A DNA stretch of 64,000 nt from NCBI GenBank assembly GCA_964304625.1, contig OZ199839.1:9314528-9378527 (forward strand), in the 5' to 3' direction. The translations under genes and the position numbers were made by a program. The notes beneath the pieces were generated by a model that did no database searches, had not been told where the DNA came from, and was given only the letters and a program-made list of their open reading frames with translations. Below, piece by piece: positions 1 to 12,559 of the stretch. The DNA comes from Kudoa neothunni. Its lineage: Eukaryota; Animalia; Cnidaria. Each line of letters begins with the position of its first letter. The first letter of the stretch is position 1.

Positions 1-216
1 TGGTCGTCTCGTTCATGTATTGCATTTAGCGATGTATGAATATTTTGTTAATTAATTGTTCAGGATGTTTTCAATATATGTAAACTTTATGTGGGGGATA
101 ATCCCAAGACTAAAGATCTAAAAATTATATCCATTTGTTCGAGACCTTCCTATCAAATAATTGATGAACCTAGCATCCAGAGTGATGAGTTAGTTTCATT
201 TATTCCCACATTATAA
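1..216 (+). CDS. 3' end (last two exons) of a probable ubiquitin C-terminal hydrolase (peptidase C12) paralog; gene starts before the window
   Basis: A GT-AG intron at 17-63 (phase 0) joins GRLVH to DVFNICKLYVGDNPKTKDLKIISICS...PTL*. This aligns by eye with the UCHL3 C-terminus ([25 protein letters not shown]), and the intron sits at the same position as the last intron of the UCH gene at 7774-8877. Confidence 0.55.
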
Positions 217-685
217 AAATATGAAATATTTGGTGTATATCCACTAACTGACTACTTTCTCTTGCAAAACTATTTTTATTTTCTCACATTTAATTGATAA
301 TCTATTTACTATGATAATATATATTCGATTCAAGAATGTCATCTTAATGGTTTTAAAATATTATTAAAATTACAAGATACTTTAAACTTTCAAACGAACT
401 TGTAGTTTATTATTTTTAGGGAGAAAAAAATTAATTTTGTTATAAATTAAATTAAAATTTATTATAAAATAGAATCGATTCGTTTACAAGTTCAATATAA
501 TGTTTTGAATTCCTTTTATTTATAAAATATGGATTCTTTATACCCAAATAATATAATTATTGGCTAGCAAACTTTAAAATAAAATTTATTTACTGAAAAT
601 TTTGGATATTTAAAAGAATTATGATAAATTCAATTATTTGGATTAGGCGATAAATAAAAGTAATTTCATAAAATTATTTACTATG

Positions 686-704
686 TATATATATATATAT
701 ATAT
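686..704. repeat. (TA)n microsatellite
   Basis: Direct reading of the sequence. Confidence 0.9.
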
Positions 705-1235
705 CTTATGATTGTGGGTGTATTTGCTGCAGTATGCGTGCGCACAACGGGAGGGGAAATATTTCTAAATACATTTTTGGGATACATACGAAGGGATTAT
801 AACGTTAAGAAAATTCTATAATTCTCCCATAAGTATTCATATAATGAATATTTTGTTGGGAATAAGGAATTTTATTTAGTCTACGTAAAAAAGGGGAAAA
901 ATATACCAACTTAGTATCGATGTTTGTTTATTTCAAAGTGATAGTCAATTAGAATAAATTTTTATTATCTATATAAAAAGATAATTTTTTTATTAATATA
1001 ATTCATGTCTTTAAAAGGTTATTTATGCCATTTGAAGTAATTTTTGACAAATAAAGCTAATAATGCCATATTTACAAGAGATGTTGCATTTCTCTTAAAA
1101 TTTGTAGCATTAACGATTTTTAAAGTACATATTTACCTTCTGAGAAGTAAAGTAAGTTTAACCTTCCGAACGGTCCAAAATCGACTATACACTTGATGCT
1201 TTTGAGGTTTATTAGTCCCCACTATCTTATTTAAT

Positions 1236-1268
1236 ACTAGCGCAAAAGCCCAACTTCGCGAAGGCTTT
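1236..1268 (-). mobile_element. Helitron-like 3' terminus (hairpin followed by CTAG|T)
   Basis: Minus strand reads AAGCCTTCGCGAAGTTGGGCTTTTGCG-CTAG-T, a GC-rich hairpin a few bases before CTAG. A similar ACTAGC-anchored end occurs at 34154-34185. Confidence 0.45.
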
Positions 1269-4014
1269 CTTGCCCAGCGAAGTAAGCTAATACCCGGCGC
1301 AGACTAGAGCCTATTTGATTTTTAAGTAAATAGCGCTGATGCCCTCTATCGATTGGTACTATTTGATGGAAAACTTTAACTTTTAATTTTATTTTTGAAT
1401 GGAGAAATTATACGGAAGAGTTAATCTAACCGGCACTTTAAACCATGTAAATTTTATTTTTCTATTTTAATTTATGCATTTTTCTATTTTAATTATTTTG
1501 CAATTTGATGATTTAGAAAAACAAGATTATGCCCACATTTTCTATCCATATATAGAGGTATAGAGGTATGGAGGGAATTAATGAGTAATTTTAAGGTTAT
1601 TTTACAATTATTGGTCAAAACTATGATAACCTTAATTTAAGAGAAATGTAAATAGCGATTAAAGTGCAGTTATTTATGAAACAAAATCATTAAGTAACTT
1701 AAATAGGACTCTCAGTCCTTTTCAAAATTATGCGATAAAAATTAATCCTTCTAGTTATAAAATTTATTATTAGTCTACAAACAATAAAAAAAATAAAATC
1801 AATCTATGATGCGTCAGAAATAAAAATATTTATTGTTACTCCTTTTTTTGCAATGTTATAAAGGATGTTAATGAGGTTTTAATAATCTGTTAGTGGTAAC
1901 TTAAATATTCACTATTGTAACAAAATTTCCCGATTTTTAAATAAATCCAATCTTGCTTTTTATCAGGAATATTTATTGGTTCAAAAATATACACATTTAA
2001 TTAACAAAATACGATTAAGTCAAAAATGTAAAGGTGTTTTTGGTTTGAAAAATTACAGTAATGCTTAAACATCAACTGGTTTTCTTGAAGGAATGCACCC
2101 TTTTAAAAATTAACGTACTGTTTGATTGCAATAAAAAAATTTCTTCGTATTAAAATATTCTTAGATTAACGAAAACTTTGTGAAAATATCGGTTAGATCT
2201 AATAGTCCAATAATTTCCGATTAACTTTCATGACGCGTATTGATATTAATAGGGGATTGTATTTTGTGCAAAAGTAATCGTGAACATAAATTCTTAAACG
2301 ACGTATAGAATGCGGTGTCGTATATTTTCATGCAGCTTTTATATCATAATGAATTATTTTTAGCGAAAAGAAAATTATATGTTGATTTGAATATTAACCT
2401 TAAGGTCTGAGTGTAAGGAATAATGAGGTTACTAACGACTTAAACATTATTTAACAAATTATCACATCAAATATAGAAACTTATCGAATTAGTTATGTAA
2501 GCTGTTTTGCAAGAAAGTTTAGGAAAACCAAAAAATAAATAAAATCTTATCGAAAAGGCGAATATAGGTTTAATCTCAAATTATGTGCTTTATTTAAAAT
2601 GATGATAATCTATTTTGCTTAACTATATCCATAACGCTTGAAAAGAGAAAACACATCCCAAATAACTTGTTTATGCTTCAAATTTTAAGGGAAATTCGAT
2701 GTTAATAGTTTTTTTTGTCTTAAAAATACTCCGAACAGGCATATATAAAATTTTTAGAACATTCTATATAATGATTAAAGTTAATTTTAATTGGCTATCA
2801 ATCAGAAGTAAACAAATATCATTATTATGCAGGTACTTTTTAATCTGCTATTTGTGAAGACAACCAGAAAACTCCTTACCTTGGATTGTGTTATTGATTA
2901 TATTTATACCTCGAAGTGAATTATCAATTTTTATTAGTGGTTTTATCTATTAAAATACAATTTTACAGCTATATTCAAAGAAAGTTTCTCCGTGGCACAT
3001 ACTTACTGCTGCAAACTGACCTACACACTGATAGACATAAGAACTTTATTATGTATATAGATTTATCATTTTTTTATTTTAACTATTATTTATATATTAT
3101 ATAAAATTATCTTTTATTTAGTACACTAAATTCATGGTAAATTAATCAATCATTTTTCGTTGCATTGCCTTAATGTACAGAGGTGATTTTAATGCTTATT
3201 ATAATAAATATAATTTTATTATTTAATTTGTGATAGAAATATAATACTAATATCAAAATGTAGAGATTAATTATTCATATTTAGAGTATGATAATGGTAA
3301 ACTGAATTCGTAATTAATGTTTAAATTGTTTGTCCCACAGGTGGGCGATTGGGAACGACAGGGTTAACGTATATAATTCTACGAGTCATAAAATCAAAAA
3401 GTTTGAGATCTGTTTCATTATGCATAATTTCTAGATAATATATATAATGATTAGTTTGTGACAAATAATTATAGTTATCAAATAAATAAAGTTTTAGAAA
3501 TTTATTGAATTGTTCAGACGGCATATTTTAAAAATTGCAGAAAAAATAAAATATTTACATTTTCCAGCTCATTAGTTAGTAATTATATAAAGTAAAAATC
3601 TTCACCATATAATCATTGATGGATTTCACTGAAAATAAGAATAGATATATAACCTCAATTTTGCAATTATAATATTTTTATTGTATACTTGATATAAAAT
3701 ATTTATGAGTTCCAATTATACCTATTAATGTATCATTAACTATTATAATATAATTATATATATTTGTTAGAATTAAAAACACATATTTATCATAATTACA
3801 ATTATTACTACATATAATTTATTATTGTATAATTTCTGCTATAATTATTACTAAAGAAAATATAATAATATTATTATAATATAAAATCCTTGATTAATGT
3901 TCTGTTATTTCGTATTAAAGAATGAATCGATTAATTTACAATTATACGTGTATGAAGTTAAATTTATACCTCGTCCAAACACAGATTTTAATAATCTACT
4001 TGACTGAATAACGT

Positions 4015-5553
4015 ATGTGGCTGTTATCATTTTCAATATTATTGTTAAAAATTGTTTCACTTGGTAAACTTATTTTGTTTATGTGTGTTATAATATAATT
4101 TTAGAAAAGGCTTTAGACGATTATCGGTTTAATGCTGGAGCACCGCCGTCTTGGATGAATGCAACTGAACAAAAATCCGCTGTAGTTGATAGGTGGTATG
4201 TCGATATTACTACCGCTACATGCAAGCCATTTAAATATTTGGGCTCTCTTGGAAACTTTAATAATTTTGTGTCCAAATCCGTTTGTCAATATCATCGTAA
4301 ACCATTGTGACCTATATATGCATAATATTTGGAATAGTTGTCTTCACTCCTGAGGAGAAATCAAAGGCGTGTACACAACCTAAATCAGAGGGAAGCTGCA
4401 CAGTACCTATGGAAAATAGAAAAACAAGATGGTACTATTCAAAAAATGCTGTTGAAGGTAGCGAAGAGGTTAACTCTTGCCATGAGTTCAAATACAGCGG
4501 ATGCGGTGGAAATGCAAATAATTTCGAATCAGAAACCGAATGCAAAAATGTTTGTCAAAGTCGCTACAATATAAAATAAAAATTGTTAGCTTATATTATA
4601 AATAACGTTAGACAAGAAGAATGGCGATGTTACCACTGATGTCGAGGAAAGCAAACTTACACCGACTCCAAATAAATTTGACTGTCTTTTTGCGCCCGAA
4701 GTGGATAGCGATAGACCCAAAATGGGCGTTGTTCTTCATAAAGATAAAAAGAGGTGTGTTTATGCAGCTATCGGTTCAAGCGCTAGCAGGGGATTTTTTG
4801 ACGAATTACCTAAATGTGTGGAAACTTGCATAAGTATTTATTGATTGATTAATGTGTGTTAACTCCAAATAGCCGAACCAGTCGCTGCTTGTAATGCTAC
4901 CGGCCCATATCAAATCCAACCTACTGACATTATTACTGAGGAAACAAACATAAAGGAATACTTCTATTTCCATAAAGACAAAAAGGCTTGCCTCCCCTTT
5001 ATTCTATAGCTCCGGATGCTAGTATCAAACTTGATGATGGTTCACATAATATTTTTAGCTCAGTGGAATTATGTGCAAGTTTTTTGTCCTGCAAGTATAT
5101 CGTCATAATAACATTTCATAATTATGTTTACTCTTTCATGAATATATAGCTAGCCATCTTGGCAATCTTAAAGCTGTCGAAGCTTGTAAACAAGAGAAAG
5201 TTGGTGAGATGACTACTGGTGATAAATATCAGTTAAATAGGTTTTATTATAAAACATCTGACCCAGATGCCAATACTTGCATGCAATTTACTTTCAATGG
5301 AAAAGAGATGAACTTAAATAATTTTAAATCAAACGATGCTTGTAAAGCTATCTGCGAGACACCTTTAGCCACAACTCTTGCTCCTGTTGTTGAGGAAGTT
5401 GCTGAAGTTCAGGAATCAGTGGAAGTTATTCAATTAGAAGATGGAGAACAAGGTAAGGAAACTCAAGAGGATCGTGAATCCAGTGATCCTTTAGAATCAA
5501 GTGCTGTACCGAGCAGTAATGGTCAAACACTACAAGAGCCACAAGAAGATTAA
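4015..5553 (+). CDS. Secreted five-domain Kunitz/BPTI-like protein, copy A, with acidic C-terminal tail
   Basis: Exons 4015-4063 (signal peptide MWLLSFSILLLKIVSL), 4105-4296, 4338-4559, 4612-4833, 4873-5094 and 5150-5553, all joined by phase-1 GT-AG introns of 39-55 nt. Domain 2 is a canonical 6-Cys Kunitz domain (C..GSC..RWYY..CHEFKYSGCGGNANNFESETECKNVC). Exon 5 has two compensating 1-nt indels (about 5003 and 5083) relative to copy B. Confidence 0.9.
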
Positions 5554-6549
5554 CCTCATTTAAGATATTTAACTCTTTTATTGATGAGAATTAGATAAAT
5601 TATATCTTTAGTTATTATAAGTATCAAATTTTTGAATAATATTTTTCATTTAAATCAAAATATTTTGAAACGCTTTTATCATCTCTTTAACGCATTTCTG
5701 TTGTAATTATTGATTTTGATATGAGTAAAAATAAACTTATATTGTTATCGCATAACTCAAACTCGTTATTGTACCTGGTTATGTGTAGGGGATATTAAAA
5801 TAATTTTATTTATTTTGCAAATGAACAGTAGCTCTTAATAATATGCTCAGAATTAAAGTGTATTATCAAATATTTTGGGGTTTTCTCCCAATTCGATGTG
5901 TTTTCATGTTTATTCTTGTTATATTCACTACAATTAATTATAAATAAATAATCTAAATAAACATTACGACAATCGTCACTACCAGTATCTGAAATAGTTT
6001 AGTTTTATTAATCGCTTTAATTTAATATATATGTAGAAATGCATAAATTTAAAATATGCGGAAAATCATTGTGCAATAATCCATGTTACTCCTCACATAC
6101 GTATATCATCCATGTCCTTCGCTGTCATTGTCCATAAACATTCACGAATTGACTTTATTTTTTTGGAGTTAAAATAATTATTTGTTAATTTGGATTCATT
6201 TTTCTGCGAGAAATATCAAATAAAAAGTTTTTGTCACGAAATAAAGTAACTTTTTCCGATTAAAAAAATCACAATTATTGAGTCAATTTTATGTTAATTT
6301 AATTCAAAATTAAATATTTTACATCAAATGAAATTAACTATTAAAATATTTTAAAATTTATTGTCCGTATTCACAACTTATTCAAAATATACCCTCAAGT
6401 CGATAATATCTATTCAACCGCATTTATTACATCGTATTATAACTACTGCATAGTATAACTGCACATTATACTTCAATCACACTCTAAAAATAGCTCCTAC
6501 CATCTTTTAAAGTTTAACTAGAACAGAAAAACTATAATGATTGGTAAAA

Positions 6550-6622
6550 GGAGCAGAACCCGCTACCCTTGGATATTGAACCCAAACAACACATCAACGT
6601 AATTTCAATTTCTGTCCTCGAC
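6550..6622 (-). mobile_element. Degenerate head of the tRNA-derived SINE family seen at 23386-23761
   Basis: Minus strand begins GTCGAGGACAGA (compare GCCGAGGACAGA) with a B-box-like GGGTTCTGCTCC about 60 nt downstream, nearly the same spacing as the other copy. Confidence 0.4.
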
Positions 6623-7773
6623 GGGAAACTTAGAATGTAGTAAAATAAGACATTCATTCGTTTAGGATAATCGTTTAAATATGTCGAATATTCTCCTCTG
6701 TCTTAAAATTGTATGTATCCACAGCAAATTATAAAGTTCCATTTCTTATTTATTCTCATATTGAAATTTTTGTAATAATATAAAAAGTTGATTTATACTA
6801 ACGTAAAATATTGATTTTGATAAAAACATCAAGGTACTCTAAGCTGAGTAATTTCCATATGTATTAGAATAATTGACGTAACTGAATAATAATAATAATA
6901 TTAATAATATAATTAATATTCTAATTAGTTATAATGACTAATAATTGTCACGATTGAATAAGAAAATTTAAATTTTCACCATAATTATTTTTTATTAATA
7001 CGAAAATTAGTAAAGAAATGGCACCAAAAATAAACACAACATTATGGATAATGTGGATACGATAATTTGGATTATGTCATATTACCCTAGGATAAACCAA
7101 CATCAATATTCAATTCTTAAAGTACTCCAAATATTTATATTTTATTTAAAACAGACTCATAACACCTACCAATGGATATCATTTATAATTCTCCTCTAAT
7201 AGATTTTTATATATAAAATATCTCATAATTATTACGAAATAATACGTAAATATGTTGAATACTCTGAATTAGGTTATTAAGAATATTTCCCCCAAAAAAT
7301 ATGTAAAGGCAACATATTCTTTAAAAAATAATGAAATTAATCTTCAATAATTGATGCATCCTCTCCTATTTGAAATTAATCCAAATTTTCACCAAACATG
7401 ATAACAAAAAAATTTATTTACCACTGATTACTATGGAAATTAGTAAACATATTACGGAAACCATTGAAATAAGTTGCTATCGTCATATACTCTTAAATAA
7501 GGTAAATTTAGTTAAAGCGCCATAAGGAAAACCAATTTTTCAAGAAAAGTTTAATCGAATATTTATTAATTTTTTAAAATTATTCCCAAGGAATAAAAGC
7601 AAGATTACACATGATTTTACAATTTTTTAACGCAAGTTATTAATGCGCACGCATATGTGGTAATTTGAAGGTTCTAACTGTGAGTTTGAGACTAAATATT
7701 ATAATTCAAATTCACATTCACATTAAAAATACTACTGGCATTTTTAAAGTCGAAATTTATAATTCTGATTTAA

Positions 7774-8877
7774 ATGGAATGCATGGATATCGATATTACT
7801 AATAATAATGTGTGGCTTCCATTGGAATCAAATCCAGATATTTTTCAAAGAGTAATCGACATCTAGCCACAGATCTAACAATCTCTCATAGTTTGCCGAA
7901 CTTTTTGGTATCAAATCTGGGTTTTATGCCAATGAAATATTCAGTTTTGAACGTGATATTTTGGACACTATACCGAGACCAACAATTGGAGTTATAGTAG
8001 CATTCAACGTCAATGTATAGAATCATATCTCCAAAACTTCATTAATCACTGCTTAAAATTATAGAAAGTAAGCTTTGACGGAAAATATGAAGAAAGAGAT
8101 AATGTAAAAATGCTGGTTGATTGATGAATGGATTTTGTGAATGACGGCATAAATAGGATGTATATTTTATGAAACAACTTTCGTCCAATTCCTGTGGTAC
8201 CGTGGCTTTTCTTCATGCAACAATGAACAACTATGACAAGTTTGAATTGTGTATATCGATTTGAACGATGATTGTCCACTATTGGGAATCAAATCTTCTC
8301 AATAATAGGTGAAGACTCTCAAACCAAACAAATGTACGAAGCAACCATTAATATGTCACCACAACAACGTGGCGAATACGTGGAGAAATCATCGGTAGTT
8401 TTCTCTTGAAAATTCCACGATGTATATATATATACATATCATTTAGCCTATTTCTATAATACACCACAATCTATCTAAACTGGGGGATTCAGCGGTATAC
8501 ATAAAATATGAATTCTAACCAAATACCATTCGAATATATTCCATAAATTAATTAAATTGTCAGATACCAGAAAATTTGGATGAAGTCAGCTACCATTATA
8601 CTGTGTTTGTATTAAAACATGGTATAATTTATCAGTTAGGTATATACTGATTGAGTTAGAAAATTAACTTATTTCAAACATTAGATGGAAGAAAAAATGC
8701 ACCGATTTCTCATGGCAAATCGTCGGATGATACATTTCTTGTGGTATAAATGTATTAATTTATTTCCATCTAAGCTCATTTAAGGACACCTGTGAGCTGG
8801 TGAAATCCTTTGCTTCGGAATGTGGATCTGACGATATTTCAGTCGTGTCCATTAGCAGTCATCATTTCAAAAATTAA
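7774..8877 (+). CDS. UCHL3: Ubiquitin carboxyl-terminal hydrolase, UCHL3/UCHL1 type (peptidase C12), 9 exons
   Basis: Exons 7774(or 7783)-7851, 7892-8014, 8065-8103, 8157-8250, 8309-8394, 8447-8494, 8564-8639, 8685-8743 and 8785-8877 splice in frame. Motifs: WLPLESNPD, IPRP, YFMKQLSSNSCGTVAFLHA (catalytic Gln/Cys), SYHY (His), YQLDGRKNAPISHG (Asp). Not present in the ORF track. Confidence 0.93.
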
Positions 8878-9287
8878 CATTATTTGTCGCTAGATTTCAT
8901 CTTTTTTGCTTGTTGTCATTATTTCACGTTGAAAATTATTTTTTTGCTCTTTACCTCGATATTTTAACTCCACTCCTTTGGTTTATAGCCCCATTGTTAG
9001 ATTAATAAGAGTATTTCTTAGCTTTATATTTGTTCACAGTTATACATTATTTGTTTATTATCTGCCTTTGGATTTTATAAGATTGACGTGATTGTGTAAC
9101 AAAATGAGAACCGAATACTGAGTAATTGAGATGATATGTTAAACAATGTAATAATATATTTTTAACGTTGACATTAAAGTGAATAATTTTGAGGGTAGAT
9201 ATGGTGGATTCAAATTTTGTATTGAAACTTTTAGACATTTCTAGGTACATTTTCGTTGATCTGTAATGGGTGTCGATGTTTTTAAAA

Positions 9288-9925
9288 ATGTCAGCATTCG
9301 ATGCATGTGTTTATAGATGTTTTTGGACAATTTTGCATCCAATTAAAAAACTAAATGCGATATTATGGGTTTAATTCGACATTATAGCTAAATGTTATCT
9401 AGGAATATTTATCACAATTACTAATTTTATAGTCAGCAACACCACAAATGGCTACGAACCTACAAAATTTGTAATCTTCAGTAGAAAAAATTTTATAACT
9501 CCTTTAGACCGGTATCTCATTGTTCATAATAGATGCTAAACTTTACGTGACTGCATACACATTCCAAAAAAATGATCAAGTAAGAATTCTGAGTGGCGAA
9601 TTCTCAAGTATTTTGATTGTTTATATTACATTCTACTTTTGTTTAATTTTAATAAATTATAGGCTGAAAAAGGTGAAATTTCTTGACACTGTGGAAGAAT
9701 ACATATTCTTTTGCGTGCGAAATTTTGGTGAAACATATTTCACTACTGAGTATCATCCTGTAGTCTATCTCATTATCTTCTCACTCGTCGTAAAACCCAT
9801 GTAAATATAAATAAATATAACGGCACATGGATTCCAAGCTGTTTATAGTTTATAGAGAAAAAATGATAATTCGCGCATTATAACCACTTCTTCTCCAATA
9901 ACTTCAACGGTAAACTACAACGATA
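9288..9925 (+). pseudogene. Degenerate CUB-domain-like exons ending at the Merlin insertion
   Basis: Fragments KLYVTAYTFQKNDQVRIL, VKFLDTVEEYIFFCVRN and NITAHGFQAVYSL (CUB-type GFxAxY ending) with GT/AG signals. No single consistent reading frame was found. Confidence 0.3.
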
Positions 9926-12559
9926 ATGAGGGAGTATCCACCTCAAAAAATCCGCCCTTTGCGCTTATGCAAACCTACCGATTTTATTATAAATCGTCTT
10001 AATACATTTATTAAATATGGAGTGAACACAAATATCTTTAAGAATATCAGTTAAAAAATCAATAAAAATGCGACTTCGGTCGTTAACGTAGCGTGCGCAT
10101 AACTTTGCGCGTTCTTTTTTTGTGCTTTATTTCCCCAAGTTTCCACATATATACAACTTTGAGGCTATCATTATCTCTAAAATAGTCATATTATATCATT
10201 TAATTGTTAAAATCATATTTGGCTCGGCAGTAATAGATTTAGATATAAAGTTTGAATTTAAATTAACTTCTATCCAGGAAGAATTTTTAAAAATTAAAAG
10301 TTTAGTTGATTAGAAATGTCAAAACCAACTAACTTTAGTTTATATAATTTTCTTAGTGGTTCATTTATTTAGTGGTGTGAGTAAATGTGATATTACTATG
10401 ACTTTCATAATATTTCCCATATTTATAATACATTATAAACTCACATATTATTAAATGAATTACTATGTATGGAAAATACAATCACTGAATGAAAAAATTA
10501 ATAATTAAAAAAAATCGTTTCGTATAAGAAGCTTACATAATGATCTTTAGTTCTAAAGATTAGACCAACGCAAACATACTAAAAATGAAGCATTTAGTTT
10601 ATTTTTATTATTTCTTCAACCAACAAGTAACTAATATTTGTTATAAATTTTTTAACAGCTTATATTACATGGAATTAAAAAAATTATCGGCACACAAAAA
10701 TATATATCACTTTTTAACTCGTTAGTGAATTCATTTGGTAGAGCTTATGTTCTATCAATCAAATGATTAACTTTTAAAATATTGGTAATAAACTGCGGTA
10801 GTGAAAATTGTATTCTCTATAACTTTAAAATGTACATAGCTTAATGATACTATATAAAAAAAGTTTAAATTGTACTTATATAAAAGATACTAAATGTGTG
10901 TCCGAAAATCGAAGAAGAATCATACAATAAAATTGAATAAACCAATTTTCATTATTTCTGCTTCAATTATTATTGGTAATGGAATATATCCTTGTTATTT
11001 CTTTCAAAATAAAATCGAAAAACTCCCATGAATTTTCATGTTTCGATCGTAACCTCTCCTTAGCCAGGTACAAATGAAGCATATCTTTCGACACACCACT
11101 CATCCTTCGCAAAAGCTTGGTTTTTAAATGGTGCCATACAACCTCTACAGTGTTTGTATGATCCCCATTAGCTGTAACGTATTCTTTTGAGTGGTTTATA
11201 GCTATATGATTATACCCCCAAATTCTTAATCGTTTGTACCCTTTCCATTCGTTTGTGTATATTGTGGAGTAATGTGATACCTCTTGAAGAATTAGGGGTA
11301 TAAGAGTATATTTTTCCCTTCGATCCACAAAAAAAAATCTCGGCTCCAGCAATTTACGTTTACCTTCATCGTCAACGGAGTATTCACAAATCTCAACTAC
11401 CCACAGACCTTCTATTCTGTTCTCATATCTTTCGACATTAATGCCACCAGATTCATCATCCGTGTCATCATCATCATCATCTGATGATGCTGGAGAATAG
11501 GTTTCATTAGGAGCGCTTCTCCAGACATCTGTTCCCAAGTACCTAACACGATTATTTTTCCGTTTTCCCCTCAAAAAGCATTCGTCTATTTGAATAATTC
11601 TTTTTCCGTCGAAATTTTCACGCTACTGAAAACCTCCCCAACAAATTTTTCTTAAAGATGAATACCAATATGTAATAGTTTTGCCTGTTATTCTAGTTAA
11701 AATAATCACCTGGCATCTAAGCTCTTCCATAACCCACAAATAAATCAGTTCAAAAATATCGGAAACCAATAACTTGGAAGAATTATCATGAAATTTCTTC
11801 ATAATTCCAAAGAAAGTTGAGGCTCTTGGAGAGAAGAATTTCCTACAATCATTTCTACAATTATATTCATAATAATTTCGGCAACATTAAATCCCTTTGA
11901 AACAGATATAAGTGAATTTTTCTGATTCACAAATAAATTGTAGGTCTGTGGAATTGTTTTTAACCTCCGTTCAATCTTTAATTTACAGGTGTTATACCTA
12001 CGACAATTTTTGCAGCTGTTCGGCATTTCCTGCAATAGACCTTTCCTGGTTAAGAAATTCAGCAAGGTTTCTTGATCTAGAAGCAACTTGTAAAACTGGC
12101 GCTGTGACTCAAATTCTACCATTACTAAGCTTCAGTCGGTAGCGTGTCACAGAAACTTTTCAAATATAGCTCATTAATTCATCTCTGATCAAAATTTTTT
12201 AAACTTATAATTAAAATCACAAAAACTATACCTAACACCCCAAATGTAGAACTAAAGTTGGGATCTATTGATAATTCTAATGGTATCATAGAATTTAATT
12301 AAACTGAACATAATGATAGCCTCAAAGTTGTATATATGTGGAAACTTGGGGAAATAAAGCACAAAAAAGAACGCGCAAAGTTACACGCACGCTACGTTAA
12401 AGACCGAAGTCGCATTTTTATTGATATTTTTAAACTGGTATTCTTAAAGATATCTGTGTTCACTCCATATTTAAAAAATGTATAAAGACGATTTATAATA
12501 AAATCGGTAGGTTTGCATAAGCGCAAAGGGCGGATTTTTTGAGATGGATACTCCCTCAT
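9926..12559 (-). mobile_element. Merlin (IS1016/ISXO2-like) DNA transposon with ~250-bp terminal inverted repeats
   Basis: 9926-10174 is a near-perfect reverse complement of 12310-12559. Flanks CAACGATA (9918-9925) and CACCGATG (12560-12567) match 6/8, consistent with a decayed 8-bp TSD. The element contains a transposase. Confidence 0.9.
10963..12122 (-). pseudogene. Merlin/ISXO2-like DDE transposase with stops and frameshifts
   Basis: N-terminal CxxC, IIQIDE, RGKRKNNR, WVV, TIYTNEWKGY and INHSKEYV..HTNTVEVVWHHLK motifs, split over several frames. Confidence 0.88.

Noticed and set aside
3321-3524. 67-aa minus-strand ORF as a gene
   Set aside because: The first half looks like intron-type low-complexity sequence, and no consistent upstream exon could be spliced.
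4998-5010. Stop-codon reassignment (TAG read-through) in Kunitz A
   Set aside because: Similarity to copy B continues in a different frame, so this is an indel and not read-through. TAA, TAG and TGA all serve as normal stops in other genes here.
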